NCBI GenBank assembly: GCA_004213955.1
Contig: SGZL01000005.1
Coordinates: 401-64,400, forward strand
Source: Gammaproteobacteria bacterium
Lineage (GTDB): Bacteria > Pseudomonadota > Gammaproteobacteria > Magnimaribacterales > AG-339-G14
Length of the DNA stretch: 64,000 nt
Reading direction: 5' to 3'
The notes below the pieces were generated by a model. It was given only the letters and a program-made list of their open reading frames with translations. It was not told the DNA's origin and did not search any database. Numbering within the stretch: the first letter of the stretch is position 1; each line of letters opens with the position of its first letter. The position numbers and the translations under genes were made by a program. Shown one piece after another: positions 19,843 through 29,034 of the stretch.

Positions 19843-21216
19843 TTACTTTATGAAATTCAGTTTATCGTCTATTTTGAGCAAAGCGTTTTGAAAAAGTTCT
19901 TTTATTTGCATAAGTTTTTTTTCAGTGTTTGCTTCAAATCTTAGTACTAAAGCAGGAGTTGTATTTGAAGCTCTGATCAATCCCCATGAATCTTCTTCTT
20001 CAAGCCTTAACCCATCTAACAAAATACTATTATAACCTTCAGGTTTGAAATTATTTTTTAATTCCTCAACAACTCTAAACTTTTCAGTATCATTTATTGA
20101 TATTTTTATTTCAGGTGTACTAAACATCTTTGGAATCTTTTTAAAAACTTCATGGGTTGAAATATTTTGTGTTGATAATATTTCTAACAATCTTAAGCTT
20201 GCAAAGATTCCATCATCAAAACCATACCAATTATCATTGTAAAAAATATGACCGCTCATTTCGCCTCCTAGAATCGCACCAGTTCTAGTGATTTCGGATT
20301 TTATGAAAGAATGACCAGTTTTGGTCATGATTGGTATGCCATTATTTCTTCTAATTACCTGTTCGAGTTGTTTAGAGCATTTCACATCAAAAACAATTTT
20401 CCCTGATTTATTTTTTCTCAAAATATCTTCTGCCATTAGAGCTAAATATCTGTCAGGAAATATCATTTCTCCTTCACTATCTATAACACCAAGTCTGTCT
20501 CCATCACCATCAAAAGCAATACCCAAATCAGCATTTTCTTTTTTAACTGTTTCGATTAATTTTGATAAATTTTTTGGTTCACTTGGATCGGGGTGATGAT
20601 TAGGAAAATTTCCGTCAACTTCGCAAAATAATTCTATTAATTCAGAAGAGTAGTTTCTTAAAATTTCTGGTCCTAACACTCCACCTGAGCCGTTGCCGCA
20701 ATCCAGAACAATTTTTAATTTATTTTTTATATTAATTTTTGTTGAAATTTTTTTTACGTAGGTTTCGTTAAAACTTTCTTTTGATAATTTTCCGGATCCA
20801 ACTCTAAAGTCACTTTGTTCAATTTTAAGTTTAAGATTTTGTATGTCATCTTCTTTTAGCGAGGAATTATTTATGACAATTTTAAATCCATTATATTCTT
20901 TTGGGTTGTGACTACCTGTAATCATTACTCCATTCTTGGTAACACCTTCAAATGTCGCGAAATATAGTAGCGGTGTATGCACTAAGCCAATAAAGATGAC
21001 ATCGCAGCCTGTTGCTAAAATACCTTCTATAAAATGGTCCGATACTTCTTTGCCTGAAATTCTTCCATCTCTTCCAACGTATATTTGTTTAGAATTTTCA
21101 TCTAATACTTGCGAACCTACAGCCTGACCAATTTTATATATTAGATCTTGAGATAACTCTCTCTCAAAAATCCCTCTGATATCGTAGGCTCTAAAAATTT
21201 CAGAATTAACTTTCAT
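19843..21216 (-). CDS. algC: Phosphomannomutase/phosphoglucomutase
   Basis: FRAYDIRG, TGSHNP, DGNFPNHHPDP, FDGDGDR, GEMSGH, RASNT. Confidence 0.93.
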   Translation of the reverse strand: MKVNSEIFRAYDIRGIFERELSQDLIYKIGQAVGSQVLDENSKQIYVGRDGRISGKEVSDHFIEGILATGCDVIFIGLVHTPLLYFATFEGVTKNGVMITGSHNPKEYNGFKIVINNSSLKEDDIQNLKLKIEQSDFRVGSGKLSKESFNETYVKKISTKINIKNKLKIVLDCGNGSGGVLGPEILRNYSSELIELFCEVDGNFPNHHPDPSEPKNLSKLIETVKKENADLGIAFDGDGDRLGVIDSEGEMIFPDRYLALMAEDILRKNKSGKIVFDVKCSKQLEQVIRRNNGIPIMTKTGHSFIKSEITRTGAILGGEMSGHIFYNDNWYGFDDGIFASLRLLEILSTQNISTHEVFKKIPKMFSTPEIKISINDTEKFRVVEELKNNFKPEGYNSILLDGLRLEEEDSWGLIRASNTTPALVLRFEANTEKKLMQIKELFQNALLKIDDKLNFIK

Positions 21217-21259
21217 AAAAGATTCTCCCGCTTATAATGACTCTCTTTAAATTAAAAAT

Positions 21260-22183
21260 ATGACTAATTTCGAAGAAAAAGATGGATTCATCTGGATGGA
21301 CGGTGAGTTTGTTGACTGGTCACAAGCTAAAGTACATGTTTTGACTCATACTTTACATTATGGTCTTGGTGTATTTGAAGGGGTAAGAGCTTATTTAACA
21401 GATGAAGGCACAAAAATTTTTAGGTTAGAGGATCATACTAACCGTTTGTTTGAATCTGCTGAAGCAGTAAATATGAAAATCCCATTTTCTAAAGAACAAT
21501 TAAATGACGTTCAAAAAGAGATTTTTAAAGTCAATAACCTTGAAGAGGGCTATATACGTCCTATGTGTTTTTATGGTGCTCAGGGGATGGGTTTAAGAGC
21601 AGACAACTTAAAGACGCATTGTATTGTTGCCGCTTGGGAATGGCCAAGTTACATGTCACCAGAAGCTTTTGATGAAGGCATAAAAATAAAAATCTCTTCT
21701 TATAAAAGACAAACCAATAATTTAGTTTCTAGATCAAAAGTTAACGGAAACTATGTAACCTCTATTATGGCTTTGCAAGAAGCCATGCAGGAGGGTTTTG
21801 ATGAAGCACTTCTTCTCGATGACGAGGGTAATATTTCAGAAGGATCCGGAGAAAATTTGTTTTTAGTCAAAGAAGGAGAGCTTTTTACTCCTGATTTAGC
21901 TGCTTCTTTGAATGGAATTACTCGAAAAAGCATAATTAGTTTAGCGCAAGAAGATGGAATTGAAGTGAGAGTAAAAAAAATAAATCTTACAGAAATTTTA
22001 AATGCGGATGAACTTTTTTTTACCGGTACTGCCGCCGAAGTGGTTCCTATAAGGACAGTGGATCAGAATACAATCGCAAGCGGAAAACGAGGACCTATTA
22101 CTACTATTCTGCAAAAAAAATATTTTGATCAAGTCAGAGGAAAGCGAGATTCTTTTTCTGAGTGGTTAACACCGATTGAATAA
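21260..22183 (+). CDS. ilvE: Branched-chain amino acid aminotransferase
   Basis: LHYGLGVFEG, SKVNGNY, EGSGENLF, LNGITR, GTAAEV. Confidence 0.95.
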   Translation: MTNFEEKDGFIWMDGEFVDWSQAKVHVLTHTLHYGLGVFEGVRAYLTDEGTKIFRLEDHTNRLFESAEAVNMKIPFSKEQLNDVQKEIFKVNNLEEGYIRPMCFYGAQGMGLRADNLKTHCIVAAWEWPSYMSPEAFDEGIKIKISSYKRQTNNLVSRSKVNGNYVTSIMALQEAMQEGFDEALLLDDEGNISEGSGENLFLVKEGELFTPDLAASLNGITRKSIISLAQEDGIEVRVKKINLTEILNADELFFTGTAAEVVPIRTVDQNTIASGKRGPITTILQKKYFDQVRGKRDSFSEWLTPIE

Positions 22184-22199
22184 TTATTAGTTAATTGAC

Positions 22200-23435
22200 A
22201 TGTCAAAATTGAAAGTAGCTTTACTAAGTTACAGAAGTAATCCCTATTCTGGCGGGCAAGGAATTTATGTCACTCACTTAAGTAAGGCCTTAGCAGATTT
22301 AGGTCATCAAGTTACTGTATTTTCAGGACCTCCTTACCCAAATCTTGATCCAAAAGTAAGCTTGGTTAAAGTTCCAAGTTTAGACTTATATAGCAGATCA
22401 AATAAATTTTCGGACGTCTCGATATCAGAATTAATAAACCCATTGAACTTTTTTGAGTGGCTTAGCATCAATTCAGGAGGATTTCCTGAGCCTTATACTT
22501 TTGGGAAAAGATTAAAAAAAATCTTCAAGAAGAGATTAAACGAATTTGATGTAGTTCACGACAATCAGAGTCTTTGCTATGAGTTGTTAGATTTTCAAAA
22601 AAAAATCCCTCTAGTAACTACTATTCATCATCCTATTTCTAAGGACTTAAAATATGAATTACAAAGCATCAATTCGATATTTCTCAAGCTTTTAAAAATT
22701 AGGTGGCACTCTTTTTTAAAGATGCAAATGCAAGTTGCAAAACGTTTAAAAAAAATTATTGTCCCTTCTTTATCTTCTAAAGAAAATATTGAGGAAGACT
22801 TTAAAGTTGAATATCAAAATATGTCAGTTATTTTAAATGGCATTGATTCAAGTATTTTTTTTCCAGATCAAAATAAAACTATTGCAAAAAGAATAGTTAC
22901 GATCGCAAGTGCGGATGTGCCTTTAAAGGGATTAGACTTTCTCCTCAAGGCTTTTGCAAATCTCACGAACCATTTACCTGACCTTGAGCTTCATGTCATT
23001 GGCTCTTTTTCAGAAGGCGGGCATACCGATAGAAAAATAAAAAATTTAAAAATAGAAAAAAAAGTCTTTTTTAAAAGTGATTTGAGTTTCACAGAAGTAA
23101 GAGATATGTACTGTTCAGCTGATATAGTAGTAATCCCTTCTTTATATGAAGGATTTGGATTTGCTGTTGGAGAAGCAATGGCATGCAAAAAAGCTGTGGT
23201 GACAACTAACGGTGGTGCAATTCCTGAAGTAATTGGTGATTGTGGAATTGTCGTAGACGCTGGGAATTCAGAACAACTTGAAAAGGGTATTTTGCAGTTA
23301 TTAAATGATGAAAATTTAAAAAATGATTTGGCTGACAAGGGATACCAGCGTGCATTAGATGTATTAAGTTGGAAAAAAGTGGCTTTATCAGTAACTGATA
23401 TTTATGAAGATGCTATCAATACATTCAGGAATTAA
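22200..23435 (+). CDS. GT4 glycosyltransferase, ManT-like (MMP alpha-1,4-mannosyltransferase family)
   Basis: KVALLSYRSNPYSGGQGIYV, FSGPPYP, GGFPEP, DVVHDNQSL, TIHHPI, SADVPLKG, PSLYEGFG...EAMAC. GT4 assignment is secure; ManT orthology is from recalled motifs and gene context. Confidence 0.85.
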   Translation: MSKLKVALLSYRSNPYSGGQGIYVTHLSKALADLGHQVTVFSGPPYPNLDPKVSLVKVPSLDLYSRSNKFSDVSISELINPLNFFEWLSINSGGFPEPYTFGKRLKKIFKKRLNEFDVVHDNQSLCYELLDFQKKIPLVTTIHHPISKDLKYELQSINSIFLKLLKIRWHSFLKMQMQVAKRLKKIIVPSLSSKENIEEDFKVEYQNMSVILNGIDSSIFFPDQNKTIAKRIVTIASADVPLKGLDFLLKAFANLTNHLPDLELHVIGSFSEGGHTDRKIKNLKIEKKVFFKSDLSFTEVRDMYCSADIVVIPSLYEGFGFAVGEAMACKKAVVTTNGGAIPEVIGDCGIVVDAGNSEQLEKGILQLLNDENLKNDLADKGYQRALDVLSWKKVALSVTDIYEDAINTFRN

Positions 23436-24157
23436 TGCAAACAATAAGATTTAATAATTTTGAGTTTCATCCCAATCAAAAGATTTTAGATATTGGATGC
23501 GGGCAAGGGCGACATTGTTTTGGAGCCTACATGCAAGCGAATTTAGATGTTTTTGGAATAGATATGGGAAAGGAAGATGTAAAAAAAGCAAAAGAAAATT
23601 TTGATCAATTTGATGAAGATTTAGGAAAAAAAAGCTGTAATTTCCTCGTCGGTAATGCAAAAAAATTACCTTTTGCAGAGAATACTTTTGATCATGTGGT
23701 TTGTTCTGAAGTTCTGGAGCATATAATAGATTTTGAATCTGCCTTAAAAGAAATTAAAAGAGTTTTAAAACCTAATGGGACTTTTGCTCTAAGCGTGCCA
23801 AAATTTCTCCCTGAATGGATTTGTTGGAAATTGAGTAGAGATTATCAAAACGAACCAGGAGGCCATGTAAGGATTTTCAAATATAAAGAATTGAAAAATT
23901 CCGTGAAATCTTTAGGTTTTGCTTTCAAAAAAAGACATTGGGCGCATGCCTTGCACTCTCCTTATTGGTGGATGCAATGTTTGTTTTGGAATACAAAAGA
24001 AAAATCTTATCTGATTAAGCTTTACCATTCTTTTTTGGTTTGGGACATGACCAAAAATCCCTTGCTAACTAGAGTATTAGAATCATTGCTCCAACCATTA
24101 ATCGGTAAAAGTGTAGTTATGTATTTTGAAAACGAAGAGAAAAAGATTGAAAAATAA
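23435..24157 (+). CDS. Class I SAM methyltransferase, MeT3-like (putative mannose 3-O-methyltransferase)
   Basis: LDIGCGQGRH, SEVLEHI, PEWICWKLS...GGHVRI, HALHSPYWW, YHSFLVWD, PLIGKSVVMY; coupled to the GT4 gene (TAATG). Confidence 0.82.
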   Translation: MQTIRFNNFEFHPNQKILDIGCGQGRHCFGAYMQANLDVFGIDMGKEDVKKAKENFDQFDEDLGKKSCNFLVGNAKKLPFAENTFDHVVCSEVLEHIIDFESALKEIKRVLKPNGTFALSVPKFLPEWICWKLSRDYQNEPGGHVRIFKYKELKNSVKSLGFAFKKRHWAHALHSPYWWMQCLFWNTKEKSYLIKLYHSFLVWDMTKNPLLTRVLESLLQPLIGKSVVMYFENEEKKIEK

Positions 24158-25136
24158 AAATTCTTTAGCTCCTCTAGGTAAGTATATTTCTGAATGCCAA
24201 AATCTCGATGGTTCAATAGCTTGGGAGCCAGATGGAAAAATAGACCCCTGGGATCATGTTGAGTCTTTAATGGGTTTAAATGTGCTTGATATGAATGTTG
24301 AAGCTAAGGCTGGATTTGAATGGCTAAAATTAACACAACTATCAGATGGATCTTGGTATTCCGAGTACAACGGAAATAAAGTAATTAATTACAATAAAGA
24401 AACAAACTTTGCTGCCTACATTTCCTCTGGCGCCTTGCATTATTATCTTCATTTTAATGATGAAGAATTTTTGGAAGACCTATGGCCTTTTTTAAAAAAA
24501 TCTGTTGATTTTGTCTTGTCTGGCCAAACCTCGGAGGGGGATATCTTATGGGCCAAAGATAAGAATGATAAATGGATGGACGACTCTTTAGTTACTGGAT
24601 GTTCATCAATTTATAAAAGTTTGAAAGATTTCATAAGAATTTCTGAAATTTTAGGAAAAAAGAATATTTCTTTAGCACAAGAACTGGAAGCTCTTCACAA
24701 TTCACTTAGAAATAAGCCAGAACGATTTGATAGAACTTGGAAAAGCAAATCAAGATACAGTATGGACTGGTACTATCCAGTTCTCTGTGGAGTATATGAT
24801 GCTGATGAATCAAAGAAAATTATAAAAGATAAGTGGGCGAACTTCGTCGTGCCTGGCCTTGGGTGTAAATGTGTTGAAGAAGAGCCCTGGGTAACTATTG
24901 CGGAAACATGTGAACTAATTTTGGCTTTAAATAAAATTGGGGAAAAAAAACTTGCATCGAATTTATACGATGAAATTTTAAATCTTATGGATAAAGAAGA
25001 TAATTTATTTTGGACAGGATTTGTTTATAAAGATCAGAAGTATTGGCCAGTTGAAAAACCAAGTTGGACCGCTGCGGCAGTAATTTTAGCGGCTAATTCA
25101 TTATTTGAATTGAATTCAAATTTCGATTTTTTTTAA
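24147..25136 (+). CDS. (alpha/alpha)6-barrel 'prenyltransferase-like' protein, MmpH-like endo-mannosidase
   Basis: DPWDHVE, QLSDGSW, ETNFAAY, LVTGCSSIY, RYSMDWYYPVL, PWVTIAETCEL, WPVEKPSWTAAAVILA. Start probably TTG 24147 (ORF track gives 24126). Confidence 0.78.
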   Translation: MKNKNSLAPLGKYISECQNLDGSIAWEPDGKIDPWDHVESLMGLNVLDMNVEAKAGFEWLKLTQLSDGSWYSEYNGNKVINYNKETNFAAYISSGALHYYLHFNDEEFLEDLWPFLKKSVDFVLSGQTSEGDILWAKDKNDKWMDDSLVTGCSSIYKSLKDFIRISEILGKKNISLAQELEALHNSLRNKPERFDRTWKSKSRYSMDWYYPVLCGVYDADESKKIIKDKWANFVVPGLGCKCVEEEPWVTIAETCELILALNKIGEKKLASNLYDEILNLMDKEDNLFWTGFVYKDQKYWPVEKPSWTAAAVILAANSLFELNSNFDFF

Positions 25137-25721
25137 AATCGCGAGACTTTTAACAAGAGATATCTCTTTAAATTTTTTAGACTTTTTTGCCTTACTAAAT
25201 ATTTCATATGGTGGTCTTCCTCCATCCTCTGGATTTGGGAAAACATCATGTATTAATAGGTATCCATTTTTAACAATATGCGGTGACCAATTTTCATAAT
25301 CAGCTAGCGCAGCTTCCATGCTATGACCGCCATCAATAAAGACCATTCCCAAAGGTAATTTCCATTCTTTAGTCAATTCTTTTGAAGTACCAATCAATGG
25401 CAAAATATAATTTCCTAGATTTGAATTTTTTAAATTTTTAAGGAATTCGGGCAAAGTGTTAAAGCTTGATACGTTTTTATCATAGAGTTCACTATCATGA
25501 TATTCTTCACCTAATTGATGTTCTTCGGATCCGGTGTGATGATCGATGGTAAATAAGAGATTGTTAGATTTTTTGCATGCTTCGCCTATAATCAAAGCTG
25601 ATTTGCCACAGTATGTTCCTATTTCTAAACAAGGTCCTAAATCAGAGCATTTGGTTGCAATTTTTGCTAATTCATTGCCTTCAATATTGTCAAGAAAACC
25701 TTTAACAGTGTTTAATGTCAT
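25116..25721 (-). CDS. Class I SAM methyltransferase (Methyltransf_24-like), MeT1-like 1-O-methyltransferase
   Basis: VKGFL, EIGTYCGKS, DHHTGSEEHQLGEEYHD, FIDGGH, IHDVFPNPEDGGRPPY. Confidence 0.82.
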   Translation of the reverse strand: MTLNTVKGFLDNIEGNELAKIATKCSDLGPCLEIGTYCGKSALIIGEACKKSNNLLFTIDHHTGSEEHQLGEEYHDSELYDKNVSSFNTLPEFLKNLKNSNLGNYILPLIGTSKELTKEWKLPLGMVFIDGGHSMEAALADYENWSPHIVKNGYLLIHDVFPNPEDGGRPPYEIFSKAKKSKKFKEISLVKSLAILKKIEI

Positions 25722-25745
25722 TTTTTAAATATTAAATCATTCAAT

Positions 25746-26648
25746 ATGTTTTCAAAAGTTATTAGAAAAAAAGTTTTTGCTGATTCAGAAGAAGGTTACT
25801 TTTCTTATATTGAATTAGAAGGCCTTGATAAAAGTGAGCCGTTAGTTTTTTTTCATGCGACTGGTCTTAACTGCGAAACTTATTTAGATCTATTAGAAAA
25901 AATTTATTTAATGTTGGACTCAAAAAAAACCATCATTGCTCTTGACCAGAGAGGTCATGGTAAAACAACTTTAGCCGCTGACCCAGATAGACTTAAATCC
26001 TGGGATCAATATGCAGTTGATGCAGATGTATTTTTACGAACAATGAATATTTCGTCTGCAATTTTTTTTGGACACTCAATGGGTTCTATAGTTGCATCAG
26101 AAGTAATTAAGCGCGGTGATTTTAAAGTTTCACACTTAATAATGCTTGATCCTGTACTTTTTTATGATCCATACACGGCAATTTTTTCTGAAATCAAAAA
26201 TAAATTTATTCTTTTAAGATCAAACGATAAAGTAGTCGGCGCTGCCAAAAGACGAGATAAGTTTGAAAGTTTTGAACAAGCGACCATGCATTATGAAGGA
26301 AGAAGTATGTTTAAAACCTGGCCTTTGGAATCTCTTAAAAATTACTTAGCAGGTGGTTTAAGTGAAGAAGATTCAGGATTAAAACTTTCTTGTTCGCCTA
26401 CATGGGAGTCTAAGACTTTTGAAACTGTTTCTTTTAACACTTATCGGACTTTAAATTGTTTAAACTTGCCTACTCTAATTTTGAGAGCTGAGCACTTTTC
26501 TACATTTTCTAGTAAAGGCATGAAATATTTATCAAAAAAAAATAATTTTGAAGTCATTGAGGTTGAAGGCTCACATTTTTTTCCTATAGAAAATAGTAAA
26601 AAGACTTCAAATTTAATTCAAAAATTTATTTCCCAAACTAATGACTGA
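25746..26648 (+). CDS. Alpha/beta-fold hydrolase
   Basis: FFHATG, DQRGHG, GHSMG nucleophile elbow, GSHFFP catalytic His. Confidence 0.88.
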   Translation: MFSKVIRKKVFADSEEGYFSYIELEGLDKSEPLVFFHATGLNCETYLDLLEKIYLMLDSKKTIIALDQRGHGKTTLAADPDRLKSWDQYAVDADVFLRTMNISSAIFFGHSMGSIVASEVIKRGDFKVSHLIMLDPVLFYDPYTAIFSEIKNKFILLRSNDKVVGAAKRRDKFESFEQATMHYEGRSMFKTWPLESLKNYLAGGLSEEDSGLKLSCSPTWESKTFETVSFNTYRTLNCLNLPTLILRAEHFSTFSSKGMKYLSKKNNFEVIEVEGSHFFPIENSKKTSNLIQKFISQTND

Positions 26649-27366
26649 TACGGTAAATATTATTTGTATGAAGTGGGGCAAGAAATACGACTCGTCTTAT
26701 GTGAATAAACTTTTTAATATGGTTTCAAGAAATCTAGATCGTGATTTTAGATTTATCTGTTTAACAGACGACAACTCGGGTTTTTTAAACTCTATTGAGT
26801 CCTTTGATTTGCCAAAGTTGAATTTACCTGATGGAATTCCAGAACGTGGATGGATGAAATTGGTAACCTTTTCAGAAAATTTATTTGATATCAAAGGCCA
26901 GTGTTTATTTTTAGACTTAGATTTGATTATAGTAAACAGGATAGACGAGTTATTTGAACTTGAAGGAGATTTTTTTATCATTAAAGACTTCATAAGAAAA
27001 GATTCTACTGGAAACAGTTCAGTTTACAGATTTGAGATGGGAAAATTTTTTGACGTTTTAGAATACTTTCAGCAAAATTTCTTGGAAATAAAATCAAAAT
27101 ATAGGAATGAACAAGAATATTTGTCAGATTATATGAAAAAAAATCACTCTTTAGATTATTGGCCCATTCAGTGGTGCCAAAGTTTTAAAAAAAATTGTGT
27201 TCAGAAAGGTTTCAAACAACTTTTTTATGCTCCTCTTTTACCGCAAGAGGCAAAGATAATTATTTTTCACGGCAAACCAAACCCACCCGATGCTTTAAAA
27301 GGCAAAAGTGGCAAATGGTATAGAAAAGTTTTACCAACCCCATGGGTTGCAGATCACTGGAGATAA
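26641..27366 (+). CDS. Putative GT-A-fold glycosyltransferase (DxD, GT8-like)
   Basis: ICMKWGKKY...YVNKL, FICLTDD, FLDLDLII, GNSSVYRF, NEQEY, FHGKPNP. Confidence 0.72.
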   Translation: MTDTVNIICMKWGKKYDSSYVNKLFNMVSRNLDRDFRFICLTDDNSGFLNSIESFDLPKLNLPDGIPERGWMKLVTFSENLFDIKGQCLFLDLDLIIVNRIDELFELEGDFFIIKDFIRKDSTGNSSVYRFEMGKFFDVLEYFQQNFLEIKSKYRNEQEYLSDYMKKNHSLDYWPIQWCQSFKKNCVQKGFKQLFYAPLLPQEAKIIIFHGKPNPPDALKGKSGKWYRKVLPTPWVADHWR

Positions 27367-27370
27367 ATTT

Positions 27371-28183
27371 ATGTCAACAGAATCAAAAAAACCTATTTCA
27401 TTACAAACATTAAGGGATTTAAAAAAAGCTGGTAAAAAATTTGCTGCTTTAACATCTTACGAATCGACAATGACTTCGATGATGTGTGATGCAGGGGTCG
27501 AATTGATATTAGTGGGGGATAGCCTTGGAATGGTTATTCAAGGGCATGACTCAACTGTGCCAGTGTCTATGGAAGATATTCTTTATCATTTGAGATGTGT
27601 TAAAAACGGAAATTCTAATGCCCATGTAATGGCGGATATGCCTTTTATGAGTTACGCAACAGAGCAACTAGCCTATACAAATGCAACAAGATTGATGCAA
27701 GGTGGAGCCAACAGTATCAAAGTAGAAGGAGGGGAGGTCATACTCAAAATTACGGAACTTTTGGCTAATAAAGGTATTCCAGTTTGCGCTCATTTGGGAT
27801 TGACGCCTCAATCGATAAATAGAATTGGCGGTTATTTTGTTCAAGGAAGAGATCCTTCTTCCCACGATAAGTTTATTGCCGAAGCAAAAGACTTAGAAAA
27901 TGCTGGAGCAGAGCTTTTACTTTTAGAATGTATTCCCATCGGATTAACTGAAAAAATAGTCGATGCGTTATCGATTCCAACAATTGGAATTGGTGCCGGT
28001 CCTGCTACAGATGGTCAAATAATGGTCGTTCACGATTTATTAGGAATTACCTGTTTAGATAAACCGCCCAAATTCATCAAGAATTTTTTAGAAAATGGAG
28101 AAACTATTCAAAGCGCTCTGCACAATTATGTCCTAGACGTTAAATCAGGAGCTTATCCGTTACCAGAACATTGTTTTGAATAG
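27371..28183 (+). CDS. panB: 3-methyl-2-oxobutanoate hydroxymethyltransferase
   Basis: LVGDSLGM, ADMPFMSY, KVEGG, HLGLTPQS, IGIGAG, DGQIMV. Start ATG 27371 preferred over the track's 27308. Confidence 0.95.
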   Translation: MSTESKKPISLQTLRDLKKAGKKFAALTSYESTMTSMMCDAGVELILVGDSLGMVIQGHDSTVPVSMEDILYHLRCVKNGNSNAHVMADMPFMSYATEQLAYTNATRLMQGGANSIKVEGGEVILKITELLANKGIPVCAHLGLTPQSINRIGGYFVQGRDPSSHDKFIAEAKDLENAGAELLLLECIPIGLTEKIVDALSIPTIGIGAGPATDGQIMVVHDLLGITCLDKPPKFIKNFLENGETIQSALHNYVLDVKSGAYPLPEHCFE

Positions 28184-29034
28184 TGATTATTGTAGAATCG
28201 ATAGAACAGCTCTCTCATAATCCTTTTAAATCTCCTTTTGCATTAATCCCAACCATGGGAAATTTACATTCGGGGCATATAAATCTACTAAATTTAGCAA
28301 GCAATAAAAATTATAATCCGGTAGTTTCAATTTTTGTGAATCCTTTGCAGTTTGGGCCTAGCGAAGATTTAGAAACTTACCCACGATCTTTAGAACAAGA
28401 TTTAGAAATTTTGAAAGAACATAATTGTCACGGGGTCTTTGTTCCAAAACAAGAAGAAATTTTAAAAAATATCGAAAATCTTATTGCCCCAATGTCTAAT
28501 AAGTTGTGCAGTAAATCTAGACCAGGACATTTCGATGGCGTTATAACAATAGTGAATAGGCTGTTTGAAGTAACTAAACCCGAGGCTTGTGTTTTTGGTA
28601 TGAAAGATTTTCAACAACAATTAATAATCAAACATTTAATAAGACAAAAAAAATATGAAATTGAATTTCTATCAGCTCCAACTGAAAGAGATAAAAATGG
28701 ATTGGCTCTCTCATCTAGAAATAATTATTTACAAGAAAGAGAAAAAATTGAAGCATCTGTAATTTTTAAATCTCTTTCGGATATGGGCTCTGAATTAAAA
28801 TTGCTCTCGCAAACTAATAAAAAAAATTTTTTGACCGAATTAGAATCAATTCAAAAAAAATATACTAAAAAAATTGAAGAACAAGGTTTTGAAATAGATT
28901 ACTTAGAGCTTTCAGATCCAGAAACCTTAGAAAAATTTGAATTTAATTCAAATAGAATCTTGATTGCTATTGCTGTTTTTTTTAAGAAAGTGAGATTAAT
29001 AGACAATCTAGTTATAGATTTAGCCTCTTCTTAA
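28183..29034 (+). CDS. panC: Pantoate-beta-alanine ligase
   Basis: PTMGNLHSGH, SIFVNPLQF, SRPGHFDGV, FGMKDFQQ, GLALSSRN, RLIDN. Confidence 0.95.
   Translation: MIIVESIEQLSHNPFKSPFALIPTMGNLHSGHINLLNLASNKNYNPVVSIFVNPLQFGPSEDLETYPRSLEQDLEILKEHNCHGVFVPKQEEILKNIENLIAPMSNKLCSKSRPGHFDGVITIVNRLFEVTKPEACVFGMKDFQQQLIIKHLIRQKKYEIEFLSAPTERDKNGLALSSRNNYLQEREKIEASVIFKSLSDMGSELKLLSQTNKKNFLTELESIQKKYTKKIEEQGFEIDYLELSDPETLEKFEFNSNRILIAIAVFFKKVRLIDNLVIDLASS

Noticed and set aside
24126-25136. Squalene-hopene cyclase or prenyltransferase (terpenoid pathway) interpretation
   Set aside because: Too short for a cyclase and has no DXDD motif; conserved motifs and neighbours fit the MmpH-like glycoside hydrolase better.
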